Made by a program: the position numbers and the translations under genes. A model generated the notes under the pieces. That model was not told where the DNA came from. It did not search any database and saw nothing but the letters and a program-made list of their open reading frames with translations. Shown in pieces: positions 1-13,600 of a DNA stretch of 64,000 nucleotides. The stretch's first letter is position 1, and each line of letters begins with the position of its first letter. Location: contig RSEE01000067.1 in the NCBI GenBank assembly GCA_003971905.1, positions 1 through 64,000 of the forward strand. Direction: 5' to 3'. This stretch comes from Moniliella sp. 'wahieum' (Eukaryota).

Positions 1-8
1 CGATGGAC

Positions 9-1069
9 TCAGATCTCCTTGTCGGTTAGTTCTGACTCAGCGTCGGCCTCCATGTCCTCTTGCGATGGTTTCTGTGTCCCGTCCCGCTGCCGGTAGAAGA
101 AGCCTACATTGGGCAGAAATGTCTCCAAGGAAGCTTTTGCGTTTGTGCATACCAATCTCGGGTGTTCCTGTAGCTCGGCCACACGGACGGTGAAGCCGCC
201 GATCACCTCGTACACCATCCGGGAGGCTGGGTGATGCTAGCACTAGCCTTGGCTGCTTCTGCGATCCTAGTCGCGTCTGAATCGGGATTTTCAGTACCTT
301 AATGATGGGTGCAAATCCTGTGGAGGGATCGGGGCCAAAACGAGTGGATGGTGCGGTTAAGATGAGGTCGAACTTTTGAGATTCCTTGTCAGCCCCGAAG
401 CGGAGCTGCAAAAGGATAAGTTAGAATGCATCAGCCACCACCTTCGGAAGACAGGCTGAACGTACAAGAATACCCATGGATCGGAGTCGGATGAGAACGA
501 ACGACGGAATTGACCATGCTCGTTAGGACGGCGTCTTGGTCTGCAGTGCTACTGTCTGAGTAGCCCAGGAGTTGAAGAAATGGGAATAGCTGCCATTGGA
601 CCCGCTTAGAATCTCCACCTTCGGGTGAAACGTGGGGTTGTTTTTGGCGCGAATCCGGTCCTGAGCTCGTCCGCCCGCTCATCGGACCATCGAAGTACCT
701 TGGTGAGTCCAAACTGCAGAGGCGAAGGACGAGGTTAGCAGATGTGCCCATGCATCTTGAACGGAACATACACGGATCAGGCGCTCGGTGAAGTCTGGTT
801 GGGAGGCGGTCCCCGGGGCTTAGGTGCAGCAACGTCGGGGATGGACTGGCCACGGACGGGAGAAAGCGGGCGGGCGAAGGGCGGTGGATGCCTTGCGGAG
901 ACCATCCTGCGTCTTGGCGGTAGTTGCTTCCGACCGCAGGTTCGCCATCATGCTTGGACGGCAGGCCAGGATGCCAGCCGCCGTGAAGGTACTGGCCAAA
1001 CCGAGGGCGCCAGCACGATGCCACAAGGACAAGCAGCACAAGACGCTGGACGACCTGGGGAAACGCCAT
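9..1069 (-). CDS. Hypothetical protein with signal-peptide-like N-terminus; one intron (406-465), frameshifted
   Basis: ATG at 1069 gives MAFPQVVQRLVLLVLVASCW (hydrophobic core). A canonical intron GTACGT...CTAAC...CAG lies at 465-406. ORFs 431-1141, 37-411 and 9-218 chain together. No family recognised. Confidence 0.4.
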
Positions 1070-1419
1070 GGCGGTCGAGCGACCTCGTGGTGGCACAGCG
1101 GAGCAGCGCAAGCCACCGATTGCCTCGCGTGGCAATCGCACCGACTCATTTCAAATGGCTTGCGCAGCCGCCAGCGCCAGCGCCTCACGTAAGCACCTGC
1201 GGGGTTGCGGCGCCGCCGAGCGATTAATTAGACGGAACATGGAGGCGAAACTGAACGTTCAAGTTGAACGCAGGTCGCCAAGCGCCCATCGCTGCCAGCT
1301 GCTGGCTGCGTCGCCGCCGCCTCGCCTTCGCCGGCCATCCGCGTCCCCAACGTTCTGACCCCGACTTGCCCACCTGCGCCCTAGACGCGCCTGCCTGCCT
1401 TTCCCACTCCCTCTGTTCC

Positions 1420-3102
1420 ATGGCTGACGGGCTCGATTACGGTGCTCCCGAGCCTTTGGCCGCCTCCAGCACCCAGCCGGTGGACACCGCCGGCCCTGCT
1501 GGTGAAGAGCCTGCTGTTTCGTTGTCTTCAGACTCGGCACCGCCCCCCACTTCCGCCCCCAAACTCATTCACGAAGACCAACTTGTGTCTCAAAATCCCG
1601 AAATGGTACGTCCCCTCCCTCTTGTTTCATGTGGCCTTCCCCCACTGACTTGGCCATGTGCTTTGACCCAGACATTACTCCTGTTCCGACCAGCCTGACC
1701 TGTCGGTTGTGTCTGCAATTGGGATCGACGGCGTGCGGCTGAAGGCGTTGCACGTCTTTGGGGCTCCCATCACGCAGCTTTCAACGTCGCGGGTCTTTGC
1801 TTGGCTCGTGAATTGGGGTGCATCTCCCTTGTCGGTGGAGTGGGTCAATGACTTTAGTTGCAACGTCATCTTCCATGACGAAGAAGCTGCCTTAACGGGA
1901 CTCAAGAAACTGTTACGCCCCTGAGTTGGGTACCACCGTGGCTGAGCCATGGACCAAGACAAAGCCGATCTTGTTGTGGTGAGGGGGCGATGGCGTGGAT
2001 CAAGATCGGGCCGATGCTGTTTGGGCGAGGCATCCACTTCCTCTGCTACCGAGCCGGTGTCGGTTGTCCCTTTGCCCACTTTAGACGCCATGCGTAAGGT
2101 CACATACCATAATGAGTCAAGTCTGACCGAGGAGGAGGAGCAACAATTGGGGCTCGCTCTACTTACCTCGCGCAAGCTACGGCCTGTTCCCATCAAGATA
2201 TACACTTCGGCTGAGCGGAAAGCTGCTGAACAGTGGCTGGTTAATCCAAAAGCGGATGCGCCTCCCTCTGGGGACGTCGACCAGGCCATGGCAGAAGCAG
2301 ATGAAGGAATCCCTCCAGGGGAACAACACGACGACCTGCTCAAGCTCACTTCCACCCTTTACGCCCGTTTCGCTGTCGATGAGTTTGACCGCAAACAACT
2401 GCGTTCCCGTGGGAAAAGTGAGTGGTATCGCCGCTACGGTACCATGCAGGTCGCACAGTGGTGGCATTGAAGGACATTGGCGAACATTCGGGTTCCCCAC
2501 CTCCCCCGGAAATGCCAGAGCCAGATTCCAAAGGCCGCGAGCTCATGGGTGGCCGTCCTCGTTCGTCACGGGACAGATCTGCCTCCCCCGGTCGTGAGCA
2601 AAAGGAGAAATACGAGCGCCCCAGCCATATTCGTGGTAGGGGAGCTACGATGGCTCCCTTGCGTACTCGGGAGAGCACAGAGGGCGGTGCTCAAAAGCAG
2701 CCTAGACTCAAGGGACGGGGGAGTAAGCGTATGGCTGCTGCCTGGAGCAGTGACGAGGACGACGATGGCGTTGAAGATGAGTACGAATGGGACAAGGCCC
2801 AGTCTACTCGGCCAGGCGTCCAGTGGTCAATGACAAACCTGATGAGCGCTCCAACCGATATTAATTGGTTTTTCATATGCGATGCATTTTTATACCTTGC
2901 GCCGCGGCGTCTAACAAAACCCCCCAGTGAGGAGTCTGTATCTACAGCATATGCACGCAGCAGAGGAAGGGCATACCACCCACGAAGGAGAGCCTCTGTG
3001 CATCAACGCAGACTCCAATCTCTTCCTCGCCTCATGGCCAAGGCGACCCCGGCTTGGGAGAGGATGCATCGTACCTTCGAGAGAGCTGCGGACAACTTGT
3101 AG
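1420..3102 (+). CDS. NCBP3: Nuclear cap-binding protein subunit 3-like (DUF2414 RRM-like) protein; intron 1606-1693; 3' end uncertain
   Basis: Splicing 1606-1693 joins MADGLDYG...NPEM in frame to ALHVFGAPITQLSTSRVFAW...SVEWVNDFSCNVIF, which resembles the NCBP3 EWIDDxSCNxVF motif. ARFAVDEFDRK...KSEWYRRYG follows downstream. Several frameshifts. Confidence 0.7.
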
Positions 3103-3423
3103 GAAGAGACACAAGCAAAGTAACCCACACGCGGGTGGAATGGGCCCATCTCACAGCACGGGAAACGAAGGACCAGACATAGCACTGTGACAGCGACCCA
3201 CGGCAAGCCGTACGCCCCCGAAGCAGTGGTGTTGGGGTGCCCGCGTCCGGCTCGGCTGGCAGGGGTGATTGTGATTTACCCCGCAGGCAAAGGCTGCGCA
3301 GCGGGGCGGAACAGGGCGGAAGAGGGGCGTGGAGCGGGAAGACTGGCGGGCAGGCGGCGGGCCCAGCACGCTCCCTCCACCACACCCTATGGAGTAGGAG
3401 CGGCGGAGGAAGCTCGTCCGCAC

Positions 3424-6400
3424 ATGCTTGCTGCCTCCCGCCATGCCCTCCGGCACCGCCCCCCGGCGCCCCGCGGCATGCGCAGCGTCGCGTCCCACGC
3501 CACCCACGCCGCCCTTCCGCCGCTCGAGCGCGCGCGTCTCGCCGTTGCGCGCCGCGCCGCTGCCTACGCCCCGCTCCGCCCGCCCCCATTAGCGCCCCCG
3601 CCCTCCTCCTCCTCCGCCTCCGCCCTCTCCGCCTCCTCCGCCTCCTCCTCCCCTCCCTCCCCTCTTCCTCTCACCTCCTCCCCCCTCCCTTCCCCCCTTC
3701 CCCCCACCGCCGCCGAGCAGCAGCGCCCCCGCGAGACGAAGACCCACCCCGACCACGCACCTTCGACCGCGATCGCCCGCGCCATGATGCCCACTCTCAC
3801 AGCGCTTCCGCACGTATGCGCACCAAGGCCGAGGAACGCCAGCGCATCTTCGCCAAACAACCATCTCTCCAACAGCTCCAGCGTGAGATGCCCCGCGTTT
3901 CTTGATCTTTCGGCCGCACTTGATGCTGGCAATGCAGCCCGCGCTGAAGTCGCTTTCTACCACCTCCTCGACATCCAGCAGTTCCTTCTCGGCGACCGCT
4001 GGGCCTCGCCCTTTATTCTGCTCCGTTCTCAGCAGATCAATCGTCTGCTTAGTCTATGCTCTACCCCCCTGGTCTTGCCGGTGCTGAGGAGTGGGAGGAC
4101 GATGGTCATGGTTTTGACGGCTCTGTGTCCCAACATGATGCAAGCAGCACTGGCTCGGAGAGGTTGCGTGAACGTGGTGCCGCCAAGGCTGCCTTTCGAT
4201 GTCTCGCCATCCTAGAGCGCCTCAACAAATCGCTTCTGCCTTCGCCTGTTAATCCGGCCGTCAGCAAGATGGGTGATGATCTGTCCGTCATGAACGCTCA
4301 CAATTTGACTCTTCAGCGCATTCTCTTATCCCCCATTCAGCCCCACGACCCCCGACCAAACGCACACGCTCACTGGATCCAAGGATGAGACGGTTCTGGA
4401 GCGCATTCTCCACCTCATCTCCCGTCGATCCACTACAATTTCGCGTCTTCACCTGGAGGAGGCACTGTTTGTCTTGCGGATCGCTTGCCCTCAGTCATAC
4501 CCAGTTCTTCAACCTGCTCGCTCTCTCTCTCTCGTGACCCTGCACGCGCGCACGATCTTACCCATCAAATCCGCAATGCTGCTCGAGCCGCTGGCGTCAG
4601 GGACGAGCCCTTGACGCCTCGGCCTCACTGGACGCGAGCCAAGGGCCGACCATACAGGCCTTCTCTTTCCCTGTACGAGGCAAGGACCGCAAATATTGGA
4701 AAGGAGGACAGCCCCCTTCGGGAAAGTCGTTCTTGAACCATATCAGATGAGGCAACATCATAGCCGCAACATGCACATCAAGCGCATTCGTTTTCAGCAA
4801 TATGCCCGTCCCCGTGTTTTCCTCTTGATGATGGATATGGCTGCTCGAGCCACGCCACGTGCACGCACGTGTACCAGTACTCCCGCTGCAGGTCAAACGC
4901 CGCTTGGAGGTCATTCGCCGCCTGCTTGACATGCCTCTTGGTGGCTATTCCTCTGAGGTGCCTCCGGCTGCGCCCCCCCCGAAGGGGAGGACGACCCCCC
5001 TCATGCAGGCCCGGGCGGAGAAAGAGTGGCTCCAGAGTATGAACCTCATGTCGCACTACACTACGTATGAGGTTCGACCGGAGGTTGCACCTCAGTGGGG
5101 GGTATCTGACTTCGATGGGCAGCAAGGACTCGAGGAAGAAGCCGGTGTAGCGCCCGAGATGCTGTTCCCTGGCCCGAGTGGAAGTCAGATTTGAGTCCCT
5201 TGGAGCCTCTGCCGGGGGGTATACTCCTTGGAGCCCACCTGGCATGGGTACCGCACTGGGGGCATTGCAGCTGAGGACGTTTGTCGATGAACTGGAAGGA
5301 TTGCTGGCTGACGAAGAGGCTGCTTCTGACGCGACCATCCCCACTCGCCCTCGCTTCTCTCGTTTTAACCCCAATGACAGCGAAAAGCCACGACAGCGTA
5401 CGTGGACCGCCGACCACTCGCTGCGGGTGATCGAGTGTGGCTGGACCGAGCTCATGCGTTCGCTCAAATGCCTTCGGCGGTCCAGGGGGTAGAGGCTAAA
5501 GCAGTGCCATTGAATGCCCCTTGGCCCGATCGAACAGCTGCATCGGCCAAGATCACCCCCACAATCAAAGGACGAGGTGGAGGCCTTGCGACGCGATCAG
5601 GCAAGGTGATGGAGGAGTTGGGTAGCCGTCTGCACGCATTCTGGTCCTCTATGCCTTTAAATCGCTGACCCTGGACGCCGTACCTCTGATTGTTGGTCAT
5701 GCTACTCGAAACGGGCGCCTCGACACTGCACTGGTCAACACTGTGCTTCGTGGCTTTCGCCTCGCTCGCCCCCCAAATGCGGCTCGAACCTGGGACGTCC
5801 GAGGTAGGCGGCCAAAGCGTTCGCGATGGCGACCAGCCAGTGCCGCGCCCAGCTGGTTTGCAGCCTTCCCCGTTCGAAACGAAGCAGTTTATGACGCGCC
5901 TTGACTTTGCAGACGCGGCCAGAGCCCGACGAGGCTTGCGGCGTGCCGGAGACCTGTCGGCTGCTGAGCTGCGGCGGAACTGGTCCAGCCACCTTGCCAT
6001 TGGACATGTGTCGTATGAACGCCTCTACATGAGGGAACTGGGGCTGGAAGGTCTGGACCAAGATGGCCGCGATGCTGAGCATGTGAAGGCGTCCGCTCCT
6101 GTGCTACCTTTGGCTACTTCTGGGGTGGATGGAACGCCCAGGAGAGAGGAAGCGGATGACGGCACCCCCATCTTGGATGGAGAAGCACAGAGGGAAGCAG
6201 TGGCGAAGTGTGGGACCTTGAGATGCCGACAGCGAGGATGTTGAACAAGAGATGGATCCATGGATGATCCCAGGATATATCCTCAACAGGAAAAGCTTAG
6301 CATCGGATGGCTGAATCCTAAGAGATTCCCTGGCACACCGCTCGCATCACCATCGACCCTGCTGATCTGGCGGACGAGCGAGAAGCCGACTTCATCCGAA

Positions 6401-8125
6401 CGTTTACGAGGCGATGCGGGATGGGGCATTGAGAAACGAGCTGTTGTCGATCCCAACAAGCTCATCGGCCTTGAACTCTTCCCCCGGTTCGTCCCGGCTC
6501 ACCCCCCAGGGCTGCTTGGCTCTCTCCGTGATGATGGACTCGCCTTCAGCGCGAGCGCCGCATTGCGGCCGAGGACGCGATCTCTGCTTCTGCGTCGCAC
6601 CAAAATATTTACCCCGTGTCCCCATGGCACCTCTCCGGTTCTCATTCAGCAAAACAACTTCCTGCGCCTGTCCTGACCGCCCTGGCATGTCCCATCACTC
6701 CTTCACCACGGCCCAGATGATAATAAAGAAGTGGATGGGGATTACGACGTTACCCCCGCAGGCGATCCCCGACCAGGATACTTACGTTTTGGCCATTCAG
6801 TGCTTTTCATGGCAAAGCCATTTGAGCGAGGCCCTTGGAGTACTGCAGGCCATGGTCCAAACTCCCCTCTCTTCTGGGCGACTTGACCCGTTATCTCTTC
6901 CTCAGCCAGGGCGGACGCTGAAGGAGGGAACGGCCGCGCTCGAATTTCTGTCGTCGGCTGTGGAGCTACAACATCAATTTGAGCTGGATCAACAGGCACA
7001 ACAGGCAAAGAGGTCAGTCTCCTCACGGGACGGTCGCAACGCAGCCAGGCGGTTGCAGGATGTGGAGGAGGAGACGTTTCCCCCAAGTTTGGCAATCTAC
7101 GATGGTATTCCGTGCCTTTGCTCGCCACGGTGTCGGACGCATGCTGGAGTTCAACCCGTCCAAACCATCAAAGCACGTTTGAGCTCCCCTGGGACGGGAC
7201 GAAGGCGGCGAGCCCGGGGCCAACGAGCGAGTCAATCCTTGGAACATTCATGCGTTTGTCTACATTTTTGAGGCTTTTCTCCGACTCCCGCCCCGATCTA
7301 CTCCTCGCCGAGCGGGTGGAAGGATGTTTTCAAGGATGATTCCGAATCTAGCTTGGCTCACATTAATCGTATCCTTCGCCTACCCATTCCGTTCCCTCAC
7401 CTTCCCAAGCCCTCGGCCCGCCCGTATGCTCCCGATGCCCCTTCCTGGACCAGGGGAGGGCTTGAATCGTATCGAGTCTATGGAGGAAGAATCGGAGGAT
7501 ATGGCTGACGCGAAAGGGCCATCGTTCGTTCTTCCCACCGAGCTCCTCCATCCTGATCTTCCTTCCAGCGTCGACATCCCCCACAGCTTCCCCTGCTGCA
7601 TCCCTTCCGCCCTCCCATGACCCAAGAAGCAGCAAGTGCTGCACCCTCTGCGACTACCTTTTTTTGGTTGCTGACGGCATTGCGGGTGGTGAGCAACGAC
7701 GAGGCGGACTGGGTACTGGCCTGGGACCGGGTATGGAGTAAATTTAGTCCGCAAGTTCCTTGGATCATCTCGGCTCGGGCTCGCCGCGAGATGGTCCACA
7801 CGCCGGTGTCTCCTCGCATGCTGTGACCAAGTATGGAGTGCGCAGGGCCAACATCGCTGGCGCTCTCTACTTGCAACGCCACGAGGATCTGGGCTCGTTG
7901 TGGCACACCACCATCAAGGCCCAAGCCCGACCCCCGTCTGGTGGAAGGGAGTACTGGATCAACAACGCCCTGCCGCGTCGCATGAGCAAGGCGCTCCATC
8001 AGCTTATGGGTCGCAGCACTCGTCGGGCCTGCAAGGACCCGCCTCGTAGCTCCGTTTTGCACCATGCCATTCTTCCTCATTTGCATAACCATCTTTCGCC
8101 TAGTCAATCCCTTTTGCTCGCATAA
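3424..8125 (+). CDS. Large (~1500 aa) hypothetical protein with mitochondrial presequence-like N-terminus; many frameshifts
   Basis: The start MLAASRHALRHRPPAPRGMRSVASHA is Arg/Ala/Ser-rich with no acidic residues. Abutting + strand ORFs with protein-like helical composition continue to the stop at 8125. Confidence 0.5.
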
Positions 8126-8335
8126 AGCATGTCGCCTGACAATTGGAACTAAATAGCCATCTGAACAGGGGCAATGTAGATTGGCATATACAGATACATG
8201 TCGGCCCAGTCAGCTTGGCGAACAGATCTTCACCCAAAGGCGCAAAAGCATAGTGGTACATTAGATTGTGGGGCTGTGTCTCCAGCCTGCGGTAGGAGAA
8301 CGGGCGAAAGAAGACACGCTCTTTGTCCAGGAAGG

Positions 8336-9691
8336 TCAAATCGTGAACAGGATGTTGAGATCCCATGGATGGGAGCTGCTCATCTGTGGATGGATGGCAG
8401 AGGAAGTCAGTACGTTATCGAAGGCCAAGCAAGACGCAATACAGACCTGCGGTTTCTGGGTGTAGGACTTGACTAGCTCATCGCGGAGGGCATTGATGAG
8501 TTGAAGATAGGTAATGTTGGGCCAGCGAGAAAAGACGGTGATCCAAGCAAAACTCAATGCGCCTGTGGCCTTGTTGGCCTCATAGGTATCAGCACTCGTC
8601 TGACTATCTTTGCACCCCGAAAACATCACCACATCAGCTCCCGAGGAACGGGTGCGAATGGTAACATCCTGGGCCGACTTTTCCCTTTCCGCTTGGGCCA
8701 CACTCGCCTTCATGTCGGCACGGGCTTCACCAAGCTTGCCCTTGGTGGCGAGCTTTAACGCCTTGCGCAAGTCATTGCTGATGTTGGCCGCCACGTCAGG
8801 CTCAAGGATCTTGCCGCTGGTGGCGTAGACATAAGGGAGATCCAGCACGGTGCCGCTGTGGCACGAGTCAAACAAGGCGGTTAAACGACAGCCGACAGGT
8901 AACGGGGAGACCATGAGCTGATGCAGCTCATCATCTTCCATCAACCCTTTCTTGAGGTAGTCCAAAGGCACGATACATTCGTTCAGCCCGTCCGCTGAAA
9001 ACAATCAGTCAGAAAGGGGGACTAGCGAGAGTGAAGGGAAATTGCCGGTCAAGAAAGGAATACATACCTTCATCACCTTGAGTCGCTTTGGCCTGAGACC
9101 CATGACCCGAATAGTGGAAAAAGAGTGAGTCGCCGGGGCGAGCACCTTTGACGAGCCAATGCATAGCAGCGGTCATGTTGGCTCGAGTCGGACGACCGCG
9201 TGGGTTTGAGGTTTCATCAGTCAAGACGACCATGTCCTCGGCACGGAAGCCTGCGTTCATGATGAACTTGCGAATGTTGGCCACGTCATTCCAACAACCT
9301 TTGAGCTGCGCCTTGGAGCCAACATAGTTGATCCCGATGAGCAGCGCTTTGCGCCTGCCGGTCATGGTACTGTACTCGTACCGCATCCCATTTTCCATCA
9401 CCCCCCCAGGTGGGCGGTCAAAGCGGACATGGGCATGGCTGTACTCGGAAGGGCCAATGGGGCCATCCACTCGCCCCCACCGGGTTGGTGGGTGAGGGAT
9501 CGGCATTGAGGTGCTGGCTTCGTGGTCTGGAGCGTCTCGAGAGTGGTCGCCTCTGGTCGGGCTCGGGGAGGAGAGGGAGGGCGCAGAGTGGCGTTGGGAT
9601 AGGCCCAGGAAGCCTCGGGGTGGTGGTCGGCGTGGGTGCAGATGGGCTGGTAGAACGGGGTGCCGTCCAGAAACGGCTCGTGCATGTGCAT
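8336..9691 (-). CDS. MCA1: Metacaspase (type I, Mca1/Yca1-like); introns 8995-9067 and 8384-8446
   Basis: Contains RRKALLIGINY, LKGCWNDV, FFHYSGHG (catalytic His), LFDSCHSGTVLDLPY (catalytic Cys), SGCKDSQTSAD and QKPQ/MSSSHP, after a Pro-rich prodomain. Start is approximate. Confidence 0.95.
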
Positions 9692-10247
9692 CTCGCTGCT
9701 GTGGTTGGGAGTAGATAGGCCAAGGTCAAACGAGTCAGTCTGGGCATCTTTTGGGCACTCTGGCCCAATCAGGCAAATGGACCAGGCGAGAGAGTTTGTG
9801 ACAGCCGACGTCCCCACAAATTGCCACTGAGTACTTGGTTACTGAATAAACACCAGTGGGGGGATGCCGGCCTAGGCAACCTGCGGAAGCGGCAGCTGCA
9901 ACGAAGGGTCGCGGCATCGCCTGTGCCCTGCGCCTGCGCGTACACGCACTCGCACTCGCCGGACTTACCGCAACTGAAGGAGCCCGGCCCATGGGACGAC
10001 GGGGGTGCTGTCCTCTGACATGCGTGCCGCAGAGCAGGCTCTCGAGCAAAGATATGATGGTGGCGGCGATCACCGTACCAACGCCGGATAGAGCACACTC
10101 GGGGCGGACGAAGAGGGGGTCGGTAGAGGCGCGTGGGGGGGCACGGCAAGCGACCGCAAGCGACAGACCGCAGCCGCTTGCGGCAGCCACTACACACGTC
10201 GGGCAGCTAGGAACAGTCAGGCCTCAGGCCGGTCCTTTAGCGGTGTC

Positions 10248-10274
10248 CAACGTTCAACGTCAACGTTCAACGTT
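10248..10274. promoter_or_regulatory. (CAACGTT)4 heptad array followed by TTAATTAA, upstream of metacaspase
   Basis: The repeat is read directly. The same core recurs at 1252, 23146, 32936 and 52803. The regulatory role is inferred from position only. Confidence 0.45.
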
Positions 10275-10629
10275 AATTAATGATCGAAGCCTAGAAAAGC
10301 AACGCCGCGTAGAAGTTCAGTCCGGTAGACAGCGTGTGCCGCCGAGTGCTGTGGTGCCCACGACTTGGGCTGCAGAGAGGCTCAACGGCGCGGCTCGCTG
10401 ACTGACCCCTGTGCCCTTTCTGACATGGGAAGATCTTATGCTTCACCCACGTATCTCCCCCACCAGCTAATAGCCAACCGTCTGAGTCTCCGATTTCAAC
10501 ACAACCACAACATCAGCGTCAAAACAAAGACCTCGTCTATACTGGCAGGGGGGCTACAGGTACATTCTATAGGCCCTGGGAATCAAAGTAACAGTATCAA
10601 TGTAGTAAAGAAACAGAGAGGGGACAGCG

Positions 10630-13600
10630 TCACTCTTCGCTGTCATCCTGCACAAGGCCCGCCTCCCGGGCCATCGAAGCAAAAATGGATTGCTTGTTGG
10701 CGAGCAAGTTCGCAGGCGTGTCGAATTCGGCAACCTCGCCCTTGTCCAGCACAAGCACCCGGTCCGAGTCAATGATGGTGTTGAGGCGATGCGCAACAGT
10801 AATCACCGTTCCCGGAAGCTCGTGGCGGAAGATGCTCTGCAGCAGTTCGTCCGTCTCCAAGTCGATCGCTGCCGTTGCCTCATCCAACACGCAGATCTTG
10901 GTCTCCCGCAGCAAGGCACGGGCGATGCACAACAGCTGCCGTTGACCCGCCGACAGGTTCGAACCACCCTCAGCCACTGGGCCATCCAGCCCGCCAAGCT
11001 GGGTCTGGACAAACTCTTTGAGGTGGACCGACGTGAGCGCCTTCCAAAGTGCCGCATCGTCCGAGTGGTACGTTGGATCAAGGTTGTCCCGGAGCGAGCC
11101 TTCCCAAATGTGCTGATCCTGCGGGATCATCGAGATGGCTCGCCGCAGGTCCCGCAAGCCAATCATTTGGGTGTCCACCCCGTCGATAAAGATGGACCCC
11201 GTGGCGGGCTCAATGATGCGGAAAAGGGCGAGCATGAGCGAACTCTTCCCGGCTCCCGTTCGACCCACCACACCAATGCGTTCACCGGCCTCGATTGTCA
11301 AATTGAGGTCGTTCAGCACCAGCGGCAGATCCTCGCGGTACCGGGCCGAGTAGTGCTTGAGCTCAATCTTGCCCGCTTGGGGCCACCCCTGGGGGGCTCC
11401 CCCTCAACCACCGCTGGCTTTTCCGACGGCACATGAGAGTACGAGATGACACGCTCGACCGACACGATATTTTGTTCCACATCCGAGCATGAACGGATGG
11501 TCCAGTTGAGCGCCTGGGCGTGTTGAGCGCTTGCGAGAGCATCATGCCCAGCAACCCAGCGTTCATGTGTCCGCCACTGGCCTTGATTGCGACAGCCAGC
11601 GTACTGGAGATGAGGATGACGGTCGAGCCCAGCATCTCAATGCGCACCGCCAGCCATCGGTTGCACGTCACGCTAGGAAGGTAGCATTCTTGATTCCGAT
11701 CCACCCGCGCATCGGCGCCATCTACAAAGTGAGCCGTTTGACCAAAGGCACGAATGGTACTGAGCCCACCGAGCGCTTCGGAAAAGTGCTGGAAGATGGG
11801 CGACTTGGTGATCGAGTCAAGCCGTTTGAGCTCACGCGAGGTAGACAGGTAGTAGCGCAAAATCATTTGGTACACCACTGCCAACGGGATGATGGCCAAG
11901 ATAAAGGGAGGGACCGAGTACACCACAACGCACATAACTCCCGTCACAGTAATCACAGTCCGAACAGAGGAATGGATCATGCGAGGCAACACATCGTCAA
12001 TAGTGTTAATGTCCCTCGAGAAGAGGTTGAGCAAACGGCCGGTGGGGACCGCCTCGAACCACTGAAGCGGAGCTCGCTGAATCGACTTCCACAACCCATC
12101 GTGGAAGTGGCGAGCCGAGGCGATGGCAAGCCAAATCCAAAGGATGAGCGGAGACAAAGACATGACCAATGCCCCGCCCAAACCCACCGCACCATAGATA
12201 CGCATATAATGCTGGGCCACTTCGGGCCCCGCTCCCCCCGGCCCGGCTTCCTCGTTCTTTTCCGAATAGATCTTAAGCACCACGTCCCGACCGATCTGGA
12301 ACACCTGGGCGAGCAACTGAACAGCCAAGTACAGAGCAAAGCCAAAGTAGTTGGAGCTTTGGGCGTACTGGCGGTATACGTCCCAGGACACACTCCCCTT
12401 TACACGAATCTCCTTGGGCGAGGATGTGTCGCGCAGCTGACGCATCGTTTCTTCTCGCACTCGCTTGTGAGTCAGCTGAACGGGAGGGGGAAGCGCGTCA
12501 GGGACGGGAGTGCGAGCACCCTTGGGCACCGATTTGTCGTCCGCCAAGGTGTCTGAGCTCCGTCCGAATCAGCATCGCCCGAAGTAGATTGCTTGCCAAT
12601 GACCGTGATCAGCTGGAATAGCTCGCCTTGGTGAGCCATTACTTCTTGGTACGAGCCCCGCTCCGCCATGATGACACCTTTGCGCATCGAGATAATCTGG
12701 TCGCACTGGGGCAGCACAGATACCGAGTTGAGCGTTAACAGGCGAGCCTTGTCTTTGAGCAATCCGTTGGGTCCAATCACATGGTCAAAGATGTGGCGTC
12801 CAACGTGAGCGTCCACTGCTGCGAGCGGGTCGTCAAGGAGGTAAATGTCGGCACGGGCATAGCAAGCACGCGCAAGCGCAACCCGGGCACGCTGTCCCCC
12901 GGAGAGCGAGACTCCACGTTCACCAATCTCGGTCATGTCAGCCTGGGGTAGGATCTTGAGATCGGGTTCAAGTGCGCAAGCATAGATGACTTGGCGATAA
13001 AACTTCTCGTCGTATTCGAGACCAAAGGTAATGTTGTCGCGCACAGTCGCGCCCATGGCCCATCCACCCCCTTGGGTCACGTACGCCGTCGTGCCACGTA
13101 CCGTCACACTTCCATCCGAACGAACCATCTCACCCAGGATTGAGCTGAGCAGCGACGACTTTCCGTCTCCCACACGGCCCAGGATCGCCAACAGCTCGCC
13201 CTTGACCACGGTCAAATTGATGTCGTCAAGGGTGGGGATGACTTGCTTGGCGCCCCACTTGAACTCGCCATGCTTGATTGACACAGCCACATCCGACTCG
13301 CTATCACCAGGAACCAATTGGTCCGCGCCCCCCGCCGGGCGCCCCAGAGGGGAGAATGAGTTGACGGGCATGAGGGTCCAGTTCCTCCGAGTCGAGGAAC
13401 TCGGAGAGACGCGTGGCTGAAACTTGCGAGGCAATGATGGAGGTGAGGACATTGGCCAGCATGGCAATCGGGAATTGAAGCAGCGAAAACAGCGACAGGG
13501 CAGGGAAGATCACGTCGGCAGTGAGTGGGACGGTGCTGACGGCGGAATAGGTGGCAAAACTGGCGAGCGAAACGCAGAATGGCACAGCGACCCACAAGCT

